Made by a program: the position numbers and the translations under genes. The notes below the pieces were generated by a model. That model was not told the origin of the DNA and searched no databases. It saw only the letters and a program-made list of their open reading frames with translations. A stretch of 64,000 bases of DNA from Felis catus. Lineage: Eukaryota. The stretch's first letter is position 1; every line of letters begins with the position of its first letter. The DNA is taken from NCBI RefSeq assembly GCF_018350175.1, contig NC_058368.1, positions 206,462,001 through 206,526,000 of the forward strand, in the 5' to 3' direction. Positions 35,226 through 47,700 of the stretch are shown one piece after another.

Positions 35226-38200
35226 TAGTTCTCGCCCGCCCCCCCCCCCCACCCCCTGCCCCCTTGCTGAGCCAGCCAGCCTGGCCTCTCCCCTGAGGCC
35301 AAACTTCTGCACTGTCCCCACTGCATGAGGAAGAGCCCTCAGTGAGACCTGGCTTTCTCCAGGTTCCCGCGGGATGCTTCCAGATGCCAGAAGTGGGTGG
35401 AGAATTGCAGGAGAGCAGACTTAGAAGATAAAACACCCGATCCACTAAATAGACATTACTGATTACGTGCCAAACACTTTGAGACCTCTATGATCTATAG
35501 AACTGTGCATTTTGCAGAGGCATCGGCAAACTCAAGAATGATTGGGTTATTTTATTTGTCAAAATTAATTGAAGCAGATACTTGTGAAGTCATTGGGAGA
35601 GGCCTTACAGGACAGTTCTTTGAGATAATGCGATATCAACAATATTTGATCTTACCAGTCATTTGACCAGTCATTTGATAGTCATTTGTGTCTATCATAG
35701 TAGACAGAGAAAATGAATGAAAGAATTGAGTGAAGACTCAATTGGGTCCTGAGACTCTGAAACAGAAAAAAATGGATGAAACTTCTGAACAGGAACAAAA
35801 ACATAAAAAAAATAAACAACAGCAATGCTCAGAACCCCAGTGCAGAAGAAGGGGATAAGACCAGGATGAAGACATTTTACCTTTAACCCTTGAAGAGAAA
35901 GAAAACAAAGAGTACTTCAAACTGTATGTGAAATTTTGATTCTTGTAGGAAAACAAGACATACCTCTGGACAGACATGAAACTGATGAGCCCCCAGAGGG
36001 TCTCTTTACTCCTGGTAACTTTCAAGCACTGCTGGCATGCGGTGTAAATTCCGGAGAAGAGGTTCAAGAAAGCTCTTTGAGACAACAGCAGTTAACGCAT
36101 TGTTCCTCTCGAAAACACAGCAGAGGCAGATGCTAGAGGTCTATGAGAGCTGCGTTCGGGAGGAAACCCTCAGGGAAGTGAGAGACTCCCACTTCTTTCC
36201 ATCATCACTGATGATGTAGTGGACATAGCAGAGGAAGAACACTTGCCTGTGTTGGTGAGCTTGGTTGAGGAGTCTCATAACCTGAGAGAGGACTCTGTGG
36301 CCTTCGTGCCTCACGAAGCTGATCCAGAAAGTTTGGCTGTGAAATTTCATACCGCGGTAATTGAGAAGTGGGGACTGAACGTGGAATGTTGTCATGGCCA
36401 GGCTTAACGCTGTGTCCAATGGATTTTCTTCCAAAATGAAAGTTGTTGCTTCTGGACTTTAGAGAAATATCCCCAAGCTGTCTACACACTTTGCTCTGCC
36501 TGTCCCTTAAATACATGGTTGGCAAAATCCGTGCCTGTTGTGGGAGTATCTGTTGTATTAGGAACAATTGAGGAAGTCCGTTCTTCCTTCCATCGAACTC
36601 TACAACTGCTTTTAGAGCTTGACAGTCTCATTTCTGTCCTCTTTCAGAGCAGTGAGGAAAAAGGTAAAGAAATGAGGGAAATTTGCCATTCTTAGTGGAC
36701 AGGCAGGCATAATGGTTTTGAAATTTTAAAAGACCTCCTACAAGCACTTGTTTTATGGTATAGTTTAGACGGTATAGTGATACAAACATTAGGTGGAATA
36801 ACTGTTTAGCTGGTTGAGCATTTGTACTCTGTAGCACAGTAACAGATTTTGATTTCATTGTTATCATTGTTGTTCTTAAAAATGTTCTATCTTTTACAAG
36901 AGCCTTTGGGAAAAATCTCGAGGGCAAACTTCCAATGTCTTCTTTGCCACCGGTAGCTTGGTTGCAGTGCTGTATTCACTAAATGAAGTGATGGAAAATA
37001 TTGAAGTCGATCATGAATTTTGGTCTGCCGAAGCCACAAATTTGGCAACTAAACTTGATATTCAGCTGAAATTCCCTGGGAAGTTCCGCAGAGCCCAGCA
37101 AGGTAATGTGGAATCGCAGCTAACCTCTGAGAGAGTTACTATAAAGTAACTCTACTTTACTATAAGAAACTCTACATGTCCCAACAGTGGAACACATTAT
37201 TCAGGAACTGAAAGGTACATTCTCAGAACAGCACTTCAGAGCTCTTAAATGCTTATCTCTGGTACCCTCTGTCATGGGACAGCTCAAATTTAATACATTG
37301 GAGGGGCACCATGCTGGCATATACAGGAGTGACTTACCCAACCCCAACACGCTCTCAGCTGAGCTGCTTTGTTGGAGAATCAGGTGGAAACAGAGGGAAA
37401 GATATGGAGCTTCCATCCACCATTTATGGAGCCCTGCATCTGCAAGACATCGAGTTTTTTCCTAAAGTTTATGCATTGCCGAAAGTCCTATATATTCTTC
37501 CTGTGATGAAGGTTGAGAATGAATGCTATGAAAATGGGCAAAAGCATCTCAAAGCGTACCTGAGGAACATTTTGACAGGTCAAATATCAAGTATCTTGGC
37601 TTTGCTTAACATAAATTTTGATATAAAACATGACTTGGATTTAATGGTGGACACCTATATCAAACTCTATACAACTAAGTCAGAGCTTCCTACAGATAAC
37701 TCAGACACCATTGAAAATACCTAGGAGACTTTTAAAGTAGGCTCTCTCTTATGTTTGATATTTGGAAAAATCTGTAAGAAATTTGAAAACGTCTTATGAA
37801 AAGCTGTCACATGTATGTAGGCCACTTAATCACTGAATATCTTGACCCGTCAACTTCTCATTGAGTCCATTAGTCATTGATGATCTGCCTACTTAAATGG
37901 CCCCTGTTGGAACTCTTATGCTTTGGAGACATAACTGTTCTTCCAGAAGATAGCATTGAAAGTGCCACATTACACGTGTGATCTCTGCTAATCGTGCTTT
38001 GGAATTGTTTTAGTGAGGTCATTTTAGACACAACATTTATTATCACTGGATCCAGTTGTCAGGTATTGAGTTATCAGTTCTTGGAAGAAATAGATTTTGA
38101 AGAGGTGTGGGAGAAAGGAATACATTGTATAAAATGTTACAATGAAGCTCACAAGTGACCTGGAGTGTGAAGTTTGTTAAAAATCTGTAATGGACAGTTA

Positions 38201-38687
38201 AGAGAGTTACCAGACAGCCAGAGAGAGATATATATAGAGAGAATGGAAAACAGGTGAGCTTGCCAAGCAAGGATTTCAGTGTAGATTTTGTCTTTATCAA
38301 ATGAATCTAAAGGAACAAGTTACAGTTACAGTTTGAATGGGCGAGCCTGCCATTGTTGGTGCACATTAGGTTGTTGCTGTTTGTAGTCCTTTGTTGAGCC
38401 TACATCTTCATAAGCTTTTTATCAGGTGTTTGTTGAACACCTCTATTTCATGGTCAAGATCAGAGGCCATGGATACTGGCAACTGATTTGTCTGTTTTCC
38501 TCTATCTTTTTCACGACTATATCTACTGCCTCATCTTGATTTATAAGCAAAACCTGGAAAACCTACAAAAACAAGTGTTTTGTGGTGTATCTAGGAATAA
38601 TACAGAAAATATTGCTGTTATTTTTGGTGAAGAAAATCAATTTTGTAGAGTTTATTTCAATAAAATGTGAATTTTACTTAAAAAAAT
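35226..38687 (+). pseudogene. THAP12: Processed pseudogene (retrocopy) of THAP12/PRKRIR (THAP domain + domesticated hAT transposase-like protein)
   Basis: Translation from 35296 gives (M>R)PNFC..DLAFSRFPRDASRCQKWVENCRRADLEDKTPD..AKHFETSMIYRT, later EETLREVRDSHFF, EEHLPVLV, EATNLATKLDIQ, and ends IKHDLDLMVDTYIKLYTTKSELPTDNSDTIENT* (stop 37724), matching THAP12. Intronless; start ATG>AGG; several CGA>TGA stops and frameshifts; AATAAA 38659-38664; A-tail 38680-38686; TSD AAAAGTACAGTT 35214-35225 / AAAACTACAGTT 38688-38699 at a TT|AAAA L1-endonuclease site. Confidence 0.97.
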
Positions 38688-41600
38688 AAAACTACAGTTC
38701 ACACAACAAATGGCATAATCTCATAACACAAAATCAATAGACAGGGCACTTGAATATTATGTTAAGAAAGTAGGCAAGAAATTAATTTAGCAAATACATA
38801 ATGCATAAATGTGCCTTATTGGTTCAATGCCAATTATCTTTAATTCATAAAATTATCCAAGCTTAATTATCATCCTCCTATATCATATTAACATCAGTAT
38901 TTATAATAGCAAATTTTTATATGCCGACATTTGTAGGTCAGTTGAAATATTGATGCATACATAAAGCAAGGCCATAAGTTGAATGTATTTAAAATAATAT
39001 GGCACCGGTGCAAGCAGATATGAGGGTTAATTCTGGAAAAGCAGGCCCCAAATTTAACAGATTACTTACAGTGCTAGTGTGGGTGACCCAGGGTATTTTT
39101 CCTTTCTCTGCCCAACTTTGCTCTGGTGAAGAGCCAGGGAATCAGAAAATACTTAGAGACCCTAGGATGATGAGCATTAGGAAAAAATGTGGGAGGTTTG
39201 AATATGCCATTAACTAGATACTGGTATGTAAGTATTTGAACCTCCACTATATGTATATTTTCTCAAGGTCAGCTCACATATTACTTAGGAATGCCTGGCA
39301 TCGGTACAGTAAATAGAACATCTAGGTCCCTGATGTTCAAGTGCTGAAACAACAGTTGTTCTTAGGCCAGCACATTCTCATCGTGCACAAAAGCAAACCC
39401 AAGTCTTTAAGGGATTATTAGAGGAAGGATATTATTTTCTCAGTGACTCAAAGCCAGCTGTGAGGGCCTTTAGTGCAGTTTATGCGTCTTCTGCCTCCCT
39501 CTCTTCCACCTTTGGCATGTCTACAATTGGGTGAAGTGCTTTTCCTGCAATGGCAATCACTATTAAATCCATTAGCTGGAAACCAAAATGTTTCCCTAAT
39601 TGTTTAAAGTCTCATTGCGAAAAGGAAGTTTCTATTGATTGCAGTATGAGGGGAAACAATCCCAAGTTCATCATTTTTTTTCCCCTTTTTATAAACACAG
39701 CCAGATGAGATGGACATATTCAAAATCATCAGATTTACTTCTCCAAAGATTCTCGTTCACCCCTAGAAGTTTCTAGTCTGGGTTTCTTTGTGCCCATTCT
39801 TTATTTTGTATTTGCTGACCACTTTCTCTCAGTTTTCTTTTTGGCCTTATCTTGTGTGCTGTACATCTTTGCCTTGTCTTCAGTTTTGTAATTAATTTAC
39901 AATTATTTTTAATGGCAGTTCTTTTAAAAAAATTAGTTGGCTGGACCGTACTCCTGGAATACGGCACTTTTTCTCTTTTCTTCAACAGACATTTCAGCTA
40001 CTCTCAAGCACTCACTTTTAGCCATTGCCCAACATTTGGAATCCTGATGATGCCTTTCTTTGGACGTGTCCCTTAGGTACGTATACCCAGTTCTTAGAAC
40101 AGTGCCTGACACTTAAAGGGTGACGCTTAATTCCTTCTTAATGAATGCAGAAATTCAGGTGTGATTTATTTATTTATTTTTTAATCTCACCAAAAACTCA
40201 CTTTGACCGAATGAATGGACCCAAATTAAAAGAAAAAAATAAAACAGTCAGCATGAGGACTTCTACTGTGGTCACATAGCATCTTGTTTGGTTTAGATTC
40301 TCAGCCTCTCTGACAAAGCTTTTCTTCTGTCCTCACTGAACCAGAGATGTTGGACAATTTCTGAGCAAAGAGAAAAAAATGTTGTTCACTTAGAAGTGCT
40401 TATAATCCGATTAACCTAAATCCCAATAAATGTGACATTACCAGCCAAAATGCTTTATAACTTTGATATTTGTAAATGGGAGCTACAGACAAATCTTACT
40501 AAACCTTTTTAGATTCTGGTTGTATAGATTCTGGCTGTATTATTCCCACTGAACGAAATTTCATCTTGCATATAGAAAACTTAAAAGGCTGCTAGTCCAG
40601 AACGTTTCCATAGGGGTAATGAAAATCATGGAATGGCTGAAGACTGGATTTAATTGTATACTTAGCAGGCTAGTATTTAATTTCTCCTGAGGTCATTAAT
40701 TATATAGCTTATCACATTGAGAGAAATTGCCGTCTTTGATAATATAAAATTGAATTTCATTTGATAATCACGATGAAGTACAGACTATCAAGTATGCATT
40801 CCTTTTCCATGGTGTTGACATTCAGGTATCGTCAGTTTTCTTAGTGCTTTAAATTATATGGTGGAGTGGCTGCCAAAATACTTGAAAGGAGAATAAATAG
40901 ATTTACTGATTCAAATTTGGCAGTAATTTTGCAGGAATGAGGATAGGCCGTTACAACATTCTAATCACAAAACTCCAAAGGGATTTCAGTGTAATCTTTA
41001 TGTTTTAAGTACTGTTTAGTTGTTGGACTAAGATACCGTGTGCTCCTGTAATTGTCTTTGAGCTTTGTGCACTGGGTAATCCTTTAGCATGATCAATCCA
41101 GAGGGGTGAAGAGGGATGAATTAGCTATCTTTTTACCTATTTCCCAGAAACAGTCCCTAGAAACTAGAGGAAAAGTTTTCTAAAGGATTGGCGATAGGTA
41201 GTTTGGTCCCACCGAGTGGCTATAGTTCCAAAGTTGGTACCTTAAATGACACGTGTGTTCTATTTCCTTGGTGTTAGCTATGAGAATTGCTATACAGAGT
41301 TTTCAGACTTGGGACATTGGGAGCAAACAGAACAAAATGGAGAGCCACTTCCTTCGCTTTATTAGATCTGAGTTTTCTGAGGCTATAGAAATGTATCGTT
41401 TTGTTAAATTTGTTTAATTATGCTCTGTCTTTGTTTGTAGTGCCTACCCATTGCGTGGCAATTTCCTTAAGGTCAAAGACTGTCTCAATCCATATAACCC
41501 ATAGCAGAAAACCAGTAGGCTTACCAGGTTCTTACCTGATGTTTTACTGGATAGGCTGTTATTTTAACTTTCAGTTTGGTAAGTCAAAAGTAAAAAACTA

Positions 41601-41779
41601 GATGGCAGTGGATTTTAAAGGTGGATTTTAAAATATTATCAATATTTTCTTCTCAGTGCTCCTAGGACAGAGACAGGATTTGGGGCTGACCATTTCTGTG
41701 TTCTGGGAGGGATTCTTTTGTGGGCACTCTGAGTCATGCAGGTGTGAATCAAGTCAAACTAAGTCGCATGTATTGATTT

Positions 41780-41955
41780 CTTATTATGTGCGGCACTTTT
41801 CTAAATGGTAGTAACTCATTTAAGCCTCATAACAACCTTGTGATATAGGTACTAAATACTAACTTCATTCTATGAATGAGGCAACTGAGGTACAAGTCAT
41901 ACAGTGTAAGGGGTAGACCTGGGATTTGAGACCAGGAAGTCAGGCTGCAGAGCAT
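41780..41955 (-). mobile_element. MIR
   Basis: ctcatttaagcctcataacaaccttgtgatataggtact...gaggcaactgaggtac. Confidence 0.8.
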
Positions 41956-42166
41956 ATATTTAGAGACAGTCACAACTACTTCCTTATATGTCTTGGAATG
42001 GTTCCCAACAGTGCCAAAGGAATCCAAAAGCACTTATTTCAGACAAGGATTTTGAATGTTATGTTTTCTAATGTAAAAAGCCATCCTATGGAAGAAGCCA
42101 TATCTCTTCAGAACCTCTATGTATGTAATGTATGGATGTATGTATGTATCTATGTAGTCTACTTAC

Positions 42167-42658
42167 TGTGGTCGGCAGAATAGTGCCCACCCAGAGATGT
42201 TTATGCCCTAATCTTGAAGGCTGTGGATATGTTATGTTACATGGCAAGGGTGAATTAAGGTTGCAGGTGGAATCAAGATTTCTAATGTGCTGACCTTAAC
42301 ATTCGGAGACTATCCTGAGTTATTTGGGAGGACCCAGTGTGAAAGTGGAATTGGGAGTCAGAAGGGCATTAGAATCATAAAATAGGAGAAAGATTTGACC
42401 AGCCATTGCAGTCTTTACAGATGGAAAGAACCACAAGCCTGGAATTGTGACTACCTTTTAGAAGCTGTAAAAGGCGAAGAAATGGATCCTTCTTCTATAA
42501 CCTCAAGAAAGAATTGCAGCCCTGCTACATTTTGATTTTAGCTCTGTGAGACCCATGCCAGACTTCTGACCTCCAGGACTATAAGAAAAGAAATTTGTGT
42601 TGTTTTAAGACAGGAAGTTTGTGGTAATTTTTTATATTGGCAATAGGAAAGTAATATA
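42167..42658 (+). mobile_element. Full-length MaLR solo LTR (MLT1D-like)
   Basis: tgtggtcggcagaatagtg...gcaataggaaagtaatata; 5-bp TSD CTTAC 42162-42166 / 42659-42663. Confidence 0.9.
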
Positions 42659-44329
42659 CTTACTTATTTACCATAAGTGAGGAATTGGTAATTTCTTTGG
42701 TGGGTGGGGAGATAGGGCTTGGGGGTTTTTGTTAATGATAGGAGACAAAAAAAAAATCTAAGAATCTCTAGGTCAACTAAGAGCTGGCCTCAGAATTTTT
42801 TATTCAAAAGTTAATTATAAATTTACTAAGATTAGGTCAGTGTTGTGCAATATTTATGATTTTTCTGAATTCTCAACACATGAACATCGTTCAAGATTGA
42901 AAAAGTGTAGAAGAACATAAAACGGTAAGCATGTATTTGCTTTTCAAAATTTGCTTCTTCAGGGTCCCAGGACAGAAACAGGATTTTACGTTGTTTTTGT
43001 CTCATCACCTAGGATTTTACCTTATCGCTAAGCTACCTACCTTCGCTCCTCAGAGGCATCACTAACATCAGTTTCTTCTAGAAATGTTTCATGTCTCTAT
43101 GAGCATATGTTTATGTATAGTCTTTTCCTCTTAAATAACAGTAACATACAGGCCTTTGCATTTATTTCTATCTTAAATTCAGAAAAAAAATTTATGATAA
43201 TTAAAAATAAGCAAAACAGAATGTTAACGAAGTTGGTGGGAGGGGAGCTGTGCATGATTTTCCACATTTATGTATTCCATGAATTGAAATATATCCAGGA
43301 GAGGCAATAGTGAAGGGTATACTATGGCTTATGTAAAACAGGTACTCAAAATGTTATATGATGAACTAATGAATACGTATGAGATGACTGGGTAGCCAAG
43401 CTAAGATTTCATTCGCAGGCTTCTTGCAGAAATTCCTGGGGAAGAGAACATGAATACCCAGGATATAAGTTCTGACCGAAACGTGACTCTTCTGTCTTAG
43501 GGTTTAGATCTTTGAAACCTGAATGGCAATGGTAGAAGGTGAGGGCAAAAGCAACCTGTCATTTCAAAGCTGCAGGTGTATCTGCATGAGCTGGAGACTC
43601 GAACACACCTTCAGCAGAAAGAGTTCTTTAGTTAGGGAAACCACAGGACTGGGGTAGTTGGTTTTATAATTACAGAGCTTTGCTCATAATTAGAAAAGTA
43701 TATGTTTGACAGCCATAGCTCTCAGTAGCTAAACTGCTCTACGTCACATTGTTGGAAGGTGTTTATGTTCTAGTCAGAGCTGGATCTCTGAAGACACCAT
43801 GCCCTTTAGGTAATTTCTAAATTTACTGATACAGAAATAGTTACTTACTCTCTTGTGAAAATATTTTGTGTGTACTCATTTTTTCCAAGTGAAGTTAGTA
43901 GCTGAGCTTTGGAAAGGTTGGAGATGGGAAGATGACACCCTACCCAGCATCTTGGATTGGCTTAGATGAATGATGGATTTTGTAGGGCTCTGGATATAGC
44001 ATATTGCTTCCAGCTCCAAGTGATATTGTACAGCCTAAGAGTGGGTGGAGGGCTTTTCATCTCACCTATGGCACAGAGCCCAGGAGCTTTCTGGCATCAA
44101 AGGACTACAGACCGCATCTTTGGCATGGGCATTCGCATTCTCACGGTGGGCATCATCTGCAGTGGCAGCTAGGGAGTCCTTCAAGAAGCTTTGTAAGCAT
44201 AGTTACACAAACTCATACACATCATCATACATATGTGTAGGATTCTTTATATTTTGTATAAACCAAAGTGTACTAGACATAACGTTTTGCTCACTTGTAC
44301 ATTGTTTATCTTAAAAGAAGGAATTGTCA

Positions 44330-44528
44330 GGGTGCCTGGGTGGCTCAGTCGGTTAAGCGTCCGACTTGATTTCAGCTCAGGTCATGATCTCACAGTTTGT
44401 GGGATCGAGCCCCACGTCAGGCTCTGCACTGACAGCATGGAGCCTGCTTGGGATTCTCTCTCCTCTCTCTTGGCCCCTCCCCCACTCACTCTCTTTCTCT
44501 CTCTCAAAATAAATTAAAAAACTTAAAA
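44330..44528 (+). mobile_element. Can-SINE
   Basis: TSD AAAAGAAGGAATTGTCA 44313-44329 / 44529-44545. Confidence 0.95.
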
Positions 44529-44719
44529 AAAAGAAGGAATTGTCAGCCAAAAAAAAAAAAAAAAACAACCAAGGATTTGAAAGTTGATAATGATTAAAAA
44601 TGTCAGTAACTCAAATTGCTTGAACAATTACTTTGTGCCAGGTACTATGTGCTTTATGTGTCTTTGCTCATTAATCTGCATAGTTGCTCAGCAGAGGTTC
44701 ATAGGTACCTCACAGAGTA

Positions 44720-44860
44720 AGGAGCTTCCTGGCTGTAGATGTTTTTAAGCAGATATTGGTGACCATTTGCTCCAAATGTAATAGAGAAGGTTCCTCCTTT
44801 GCGGGTAAGTCAGAAGAGGTGATTGCTAGACCCTTTCCAAGTGTCAGTGCTTAGGACTCC
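44720..44860 (+). mobile_element. CR1/L3- or MIR3-like 3' end
   Basis: gagcttcctggctgtagatgtttttaagcaga...tgaccattt...ccctttccaag. Confidence 0.5.
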
Positions 44861-45854
44861 ACCAGTTAATGATTGAATGCAGGGCGGGGTTATTTGGAGT
44901 GCTCAGTAATGTTTGCCAAGGACCAATGAAGACTTGAGTTTCTCTCTTGCCTCTGGGTAATGATTGGTGCAGGTTAGAGGTGATGAGGGCAGTCCCTGCA
45001 TGCTACTCTCATTGAACTGAATCCAGTGCAGGGTGGCTCGCTCTGTCTTCTAGACTGAGTGCGTGACCTTGATTAAATCAGGTTATAGAGCAAATTGGAG
45101 GTCTGTAGAGAAGCTGTCTTATTTTTTCTACGACCTCTGAGGCTTCTTCAAGTAACAGATACGCATCCAGACTTTTATCCTTTACGTGAGCTTCATCGCT
45201 GAGCTACAAGGATGGCTTAAAATGGCAAGTTTAGGTCATCCGACTACTCAATTGGTGCTTTCTGAAAAACAGTTCTATCAGAGGAGCAGGCTGTTAATTG
45301 CTTCATTAATCCATCAGTGATTTCTTTGTCAGGAACCATTCTAAATGCTTGAAAGATAACTTCCTCTTTGGACGGATAATCACATAAAGAAACAGCTGGG
45401 TGCTATATTAGCACTGCAATGGAGATGGGGGCAGATGTGGTAACATCAAGGAGGAATGACGTTTAGTGACCGAGGTGTCACGGCGGCAGTCATGCCTCAG
45501 CTGGGATGTGAAGGATGAATAGGATTTCACCAGGCAAAGAAGAGAAAGAAGATAATTCTGTTCGGGGAGGTGATAGCTCTGAGGCTTGAAGCTCTGAGAG
45601 AGAAGGGCACGCTGCCGACGGGGGGATGGTCACAGCTTCAGCAACGTGGGGGTGGGGAAGGTGGGGTGTGTTCATGCTGGAACAGTGTGTGATACTGTGT
45701 GCTAGTAGAATAAGAGGTGAAGCTGTGTAACTGAAAAGCTGAACGTCGAGAAAGAAGGAGCCTACTTAAAAGCCAGGCAGAGAATTAAAACAAAACAAAA
45801 CAAAACAAACAAAAAACCCCCACATGTTAAAAAAAAATACATCTTGACTCATAA

Positions 45855-46169
45855 TTTTATTTTTTACTTTATAAGTTTTTATTTAAATTCCAGTAGCTCA
45901 CATATGGTGAATATTAATTTCAGGTGTACAATTTAAGTGATTCAACACTTGCATACAACGCCCAGTGCTCATCACAACGAGTGCACTCTTTAATCGTCAT
46001 CACTGGGGCCGCCTGGGTGGCTCAGTCAGTAAAGCGTCTGACTTTGGCTCAGGACATGATCTCAGGGTTCAGGAGTTTGAGCCCCGCATTGGACTCTGTG
46101 CTGGCTCAGAGCCTGGAACCTGCTTTGGATTCTGTGTCTCCCTCTGTCATTGCCCCTCCCCTACTCATG

Positions 46170-46203
<34 letters not shown>

Positions 46204-46340
46204 AATTCATTAAATTCTCTCTCATTCTTAAAAAAACATTAAAAAAAATTAATTGTCATCACCTATTTTACGCATATCCTCACCCACCTCCCCTCTGGCA
46301 ACCATTAGTTTGTTCTCGATAGTTAACAGTCTGTTTCTTG
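45855..46340 (-). mobile_element. Carnivore L1 3'UTR fragment interrupted by SINE
   Basis: tttcaggtgtacaatttaagtgattcaacactt..cacaacgagtgcactctttaatc / cccacctcccctctggcaaccattagtttgttctc. Confidence 0.85.
46005..46247 (+). mobile_element. Can-SINE
   Basis: TSD ttaatcgtcatcac / ttaattgtcatcac. Confidence 0.93.
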
Positions 46341-46341
46341 A

Positions 46342-46562
46342 GGGGCGCCTGGGTGGCTCAGTTGGTTTCATCTGACTCTTGATTTTGGCCCAGGTCATGA
46401 TCTCACAGTTGGTGGGTTCGAGCCCTACATCAGGCTCTGCACTGACAGTGCGGTGCAGAACCTACGTGGGGTTCTCTCTCCCTCTCTCTCTGTTCCTCCC
46501 TCCCCGACCCCCCCCCCGCCCTTGTGCTCTCTCTCTCTCAAAACAAATAAACTTTTTTTTTT
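46342..46562 (+). mobile_element. Can-SINE
   Basis: TSD aacagtctgtttct / aagagtctgtttct. Confidence 0.92.
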
Positions 46563-46692
46563 AAAGAGTCTGTTTCTCAGTTTGACCCATAATTTTAAAT
46601 GATAGACCATGGTTATTGACTTTAGACATTCCCAGGGGTAAGTAAAGATGGGCCGCAACAGTTGCCTAGAAAATTGATGTTTGAAAAAATCG

Positions 46693-46710
46693 TTTTAATG
46701 TTTATTTATT

Positions 46711-46757
<47 letters not shown>

Positions 46758-46915
46758 GCTGGGGAGGGGCAGAGAGAGAGGGAGACACAGAATCCAAAGT
46801 AGGCTCCAAGCTCTGAGTTGTCAGCACAGAGCCCAATGCAGGGTTTGAACTCACGAACCATGAGACCACGACCTGAGCTAATTTCTGACACTTAACTGAG
46901 CCACCCAGGCACCCC
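46693..46915 (-). mobile_element. Can-SINE with (GA)n
   Basis: Antisense body ending gccacccaggcacccc. Confidence 0.92.
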
Positions 46916-47498
46916 AAAAATTGACAGTTTTGTGTGAACAAGTTAGGAGCCCAGCTCAGAATGTGAACTGGAACCCCCAGACATCTGAAACAGCAAGCAA
47001 TTTTTGCACCTGCAAACCAAATTTCAGTCTTCACATACAGGCAATGAAAAGGAGATTTTTTTATATATTTATTTATTTATTTTTGTTAGCCACATCCACA
47101 CACACAAGATAGTGATTTCCATCTGTGGTGTTACTTTAAATGAAAATGGAGCTTCCTGCTCAGAGCTCAGAGGTGTGCTTTTGGTGAGCGTCAAGTGCCA
47201 TGCTCTGTGACATCTCACTCACAGAGACTAACCCAAGCTCTGTCAGTGTCTGTGAGTGGTCCAAGCATTTCATTCCCATGCCAGATGGTGAGCACCTTCA
47301 GGAGAAGGATCACGTCTTAGGGTTCTCTGTACCTTGAATACATTTGCCTTACATGTTAACTGAATAGCTGAATGAATTCTATTCACAGGCCATCCCGGAG
47401 AACCTATGAATAGTCTGATCTTCGGTTTTGCCACTGACCAGAACCACCCTCCTTGTCCAGGCTGACATTGACAGGCCTAATTTTGCCTCTGTGACCTG

Positions 47499-47700
47499 TT
47501 TTTTTTTAATGTTTATTTATTTTTGAGAGAGAGACAGAACACAAGCAGGGGAGGGACAGAGAGAGAGAGAGGGAGACACAGAATCCGAAGCAGGCTCCAA
47601 GCTCTGAGCTGTCAGCACAGAGCCCAATGCAGGGCTCAAACCCACAAACCACGAGATCATGACCTAAGCTGAAGTCAGATGCTTAACTGACTGAGCCACC
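47499..47700 (-). mobile_element. Can-SINE, slightly 5'-truncated
   Basis: TSD ctctgtgacc / ctctgtggcc. Confidence 0.92.

Noticed and set aside
35296..37724. Active hAT DNA transposon or functional THAP12 gene
   Set aside because: No TIRs. It has a poly(A) remnant and L1-type TSD, no introns, a lost start codon and many stops/frameshifts, so it is a retrocopy of the domesticated gene.
39440..39640. AP-1 (TGACTCA), E-box and ETS motifs as an enhancer
   Set aside because: Short motifs expected by chance; cannot be supported without conservation or chromatin data.
43966..44314. Three overlapping short ORFs / possible exon
   Set aside because: No recognisable protein in any frame on either strand and only weak splice sites.
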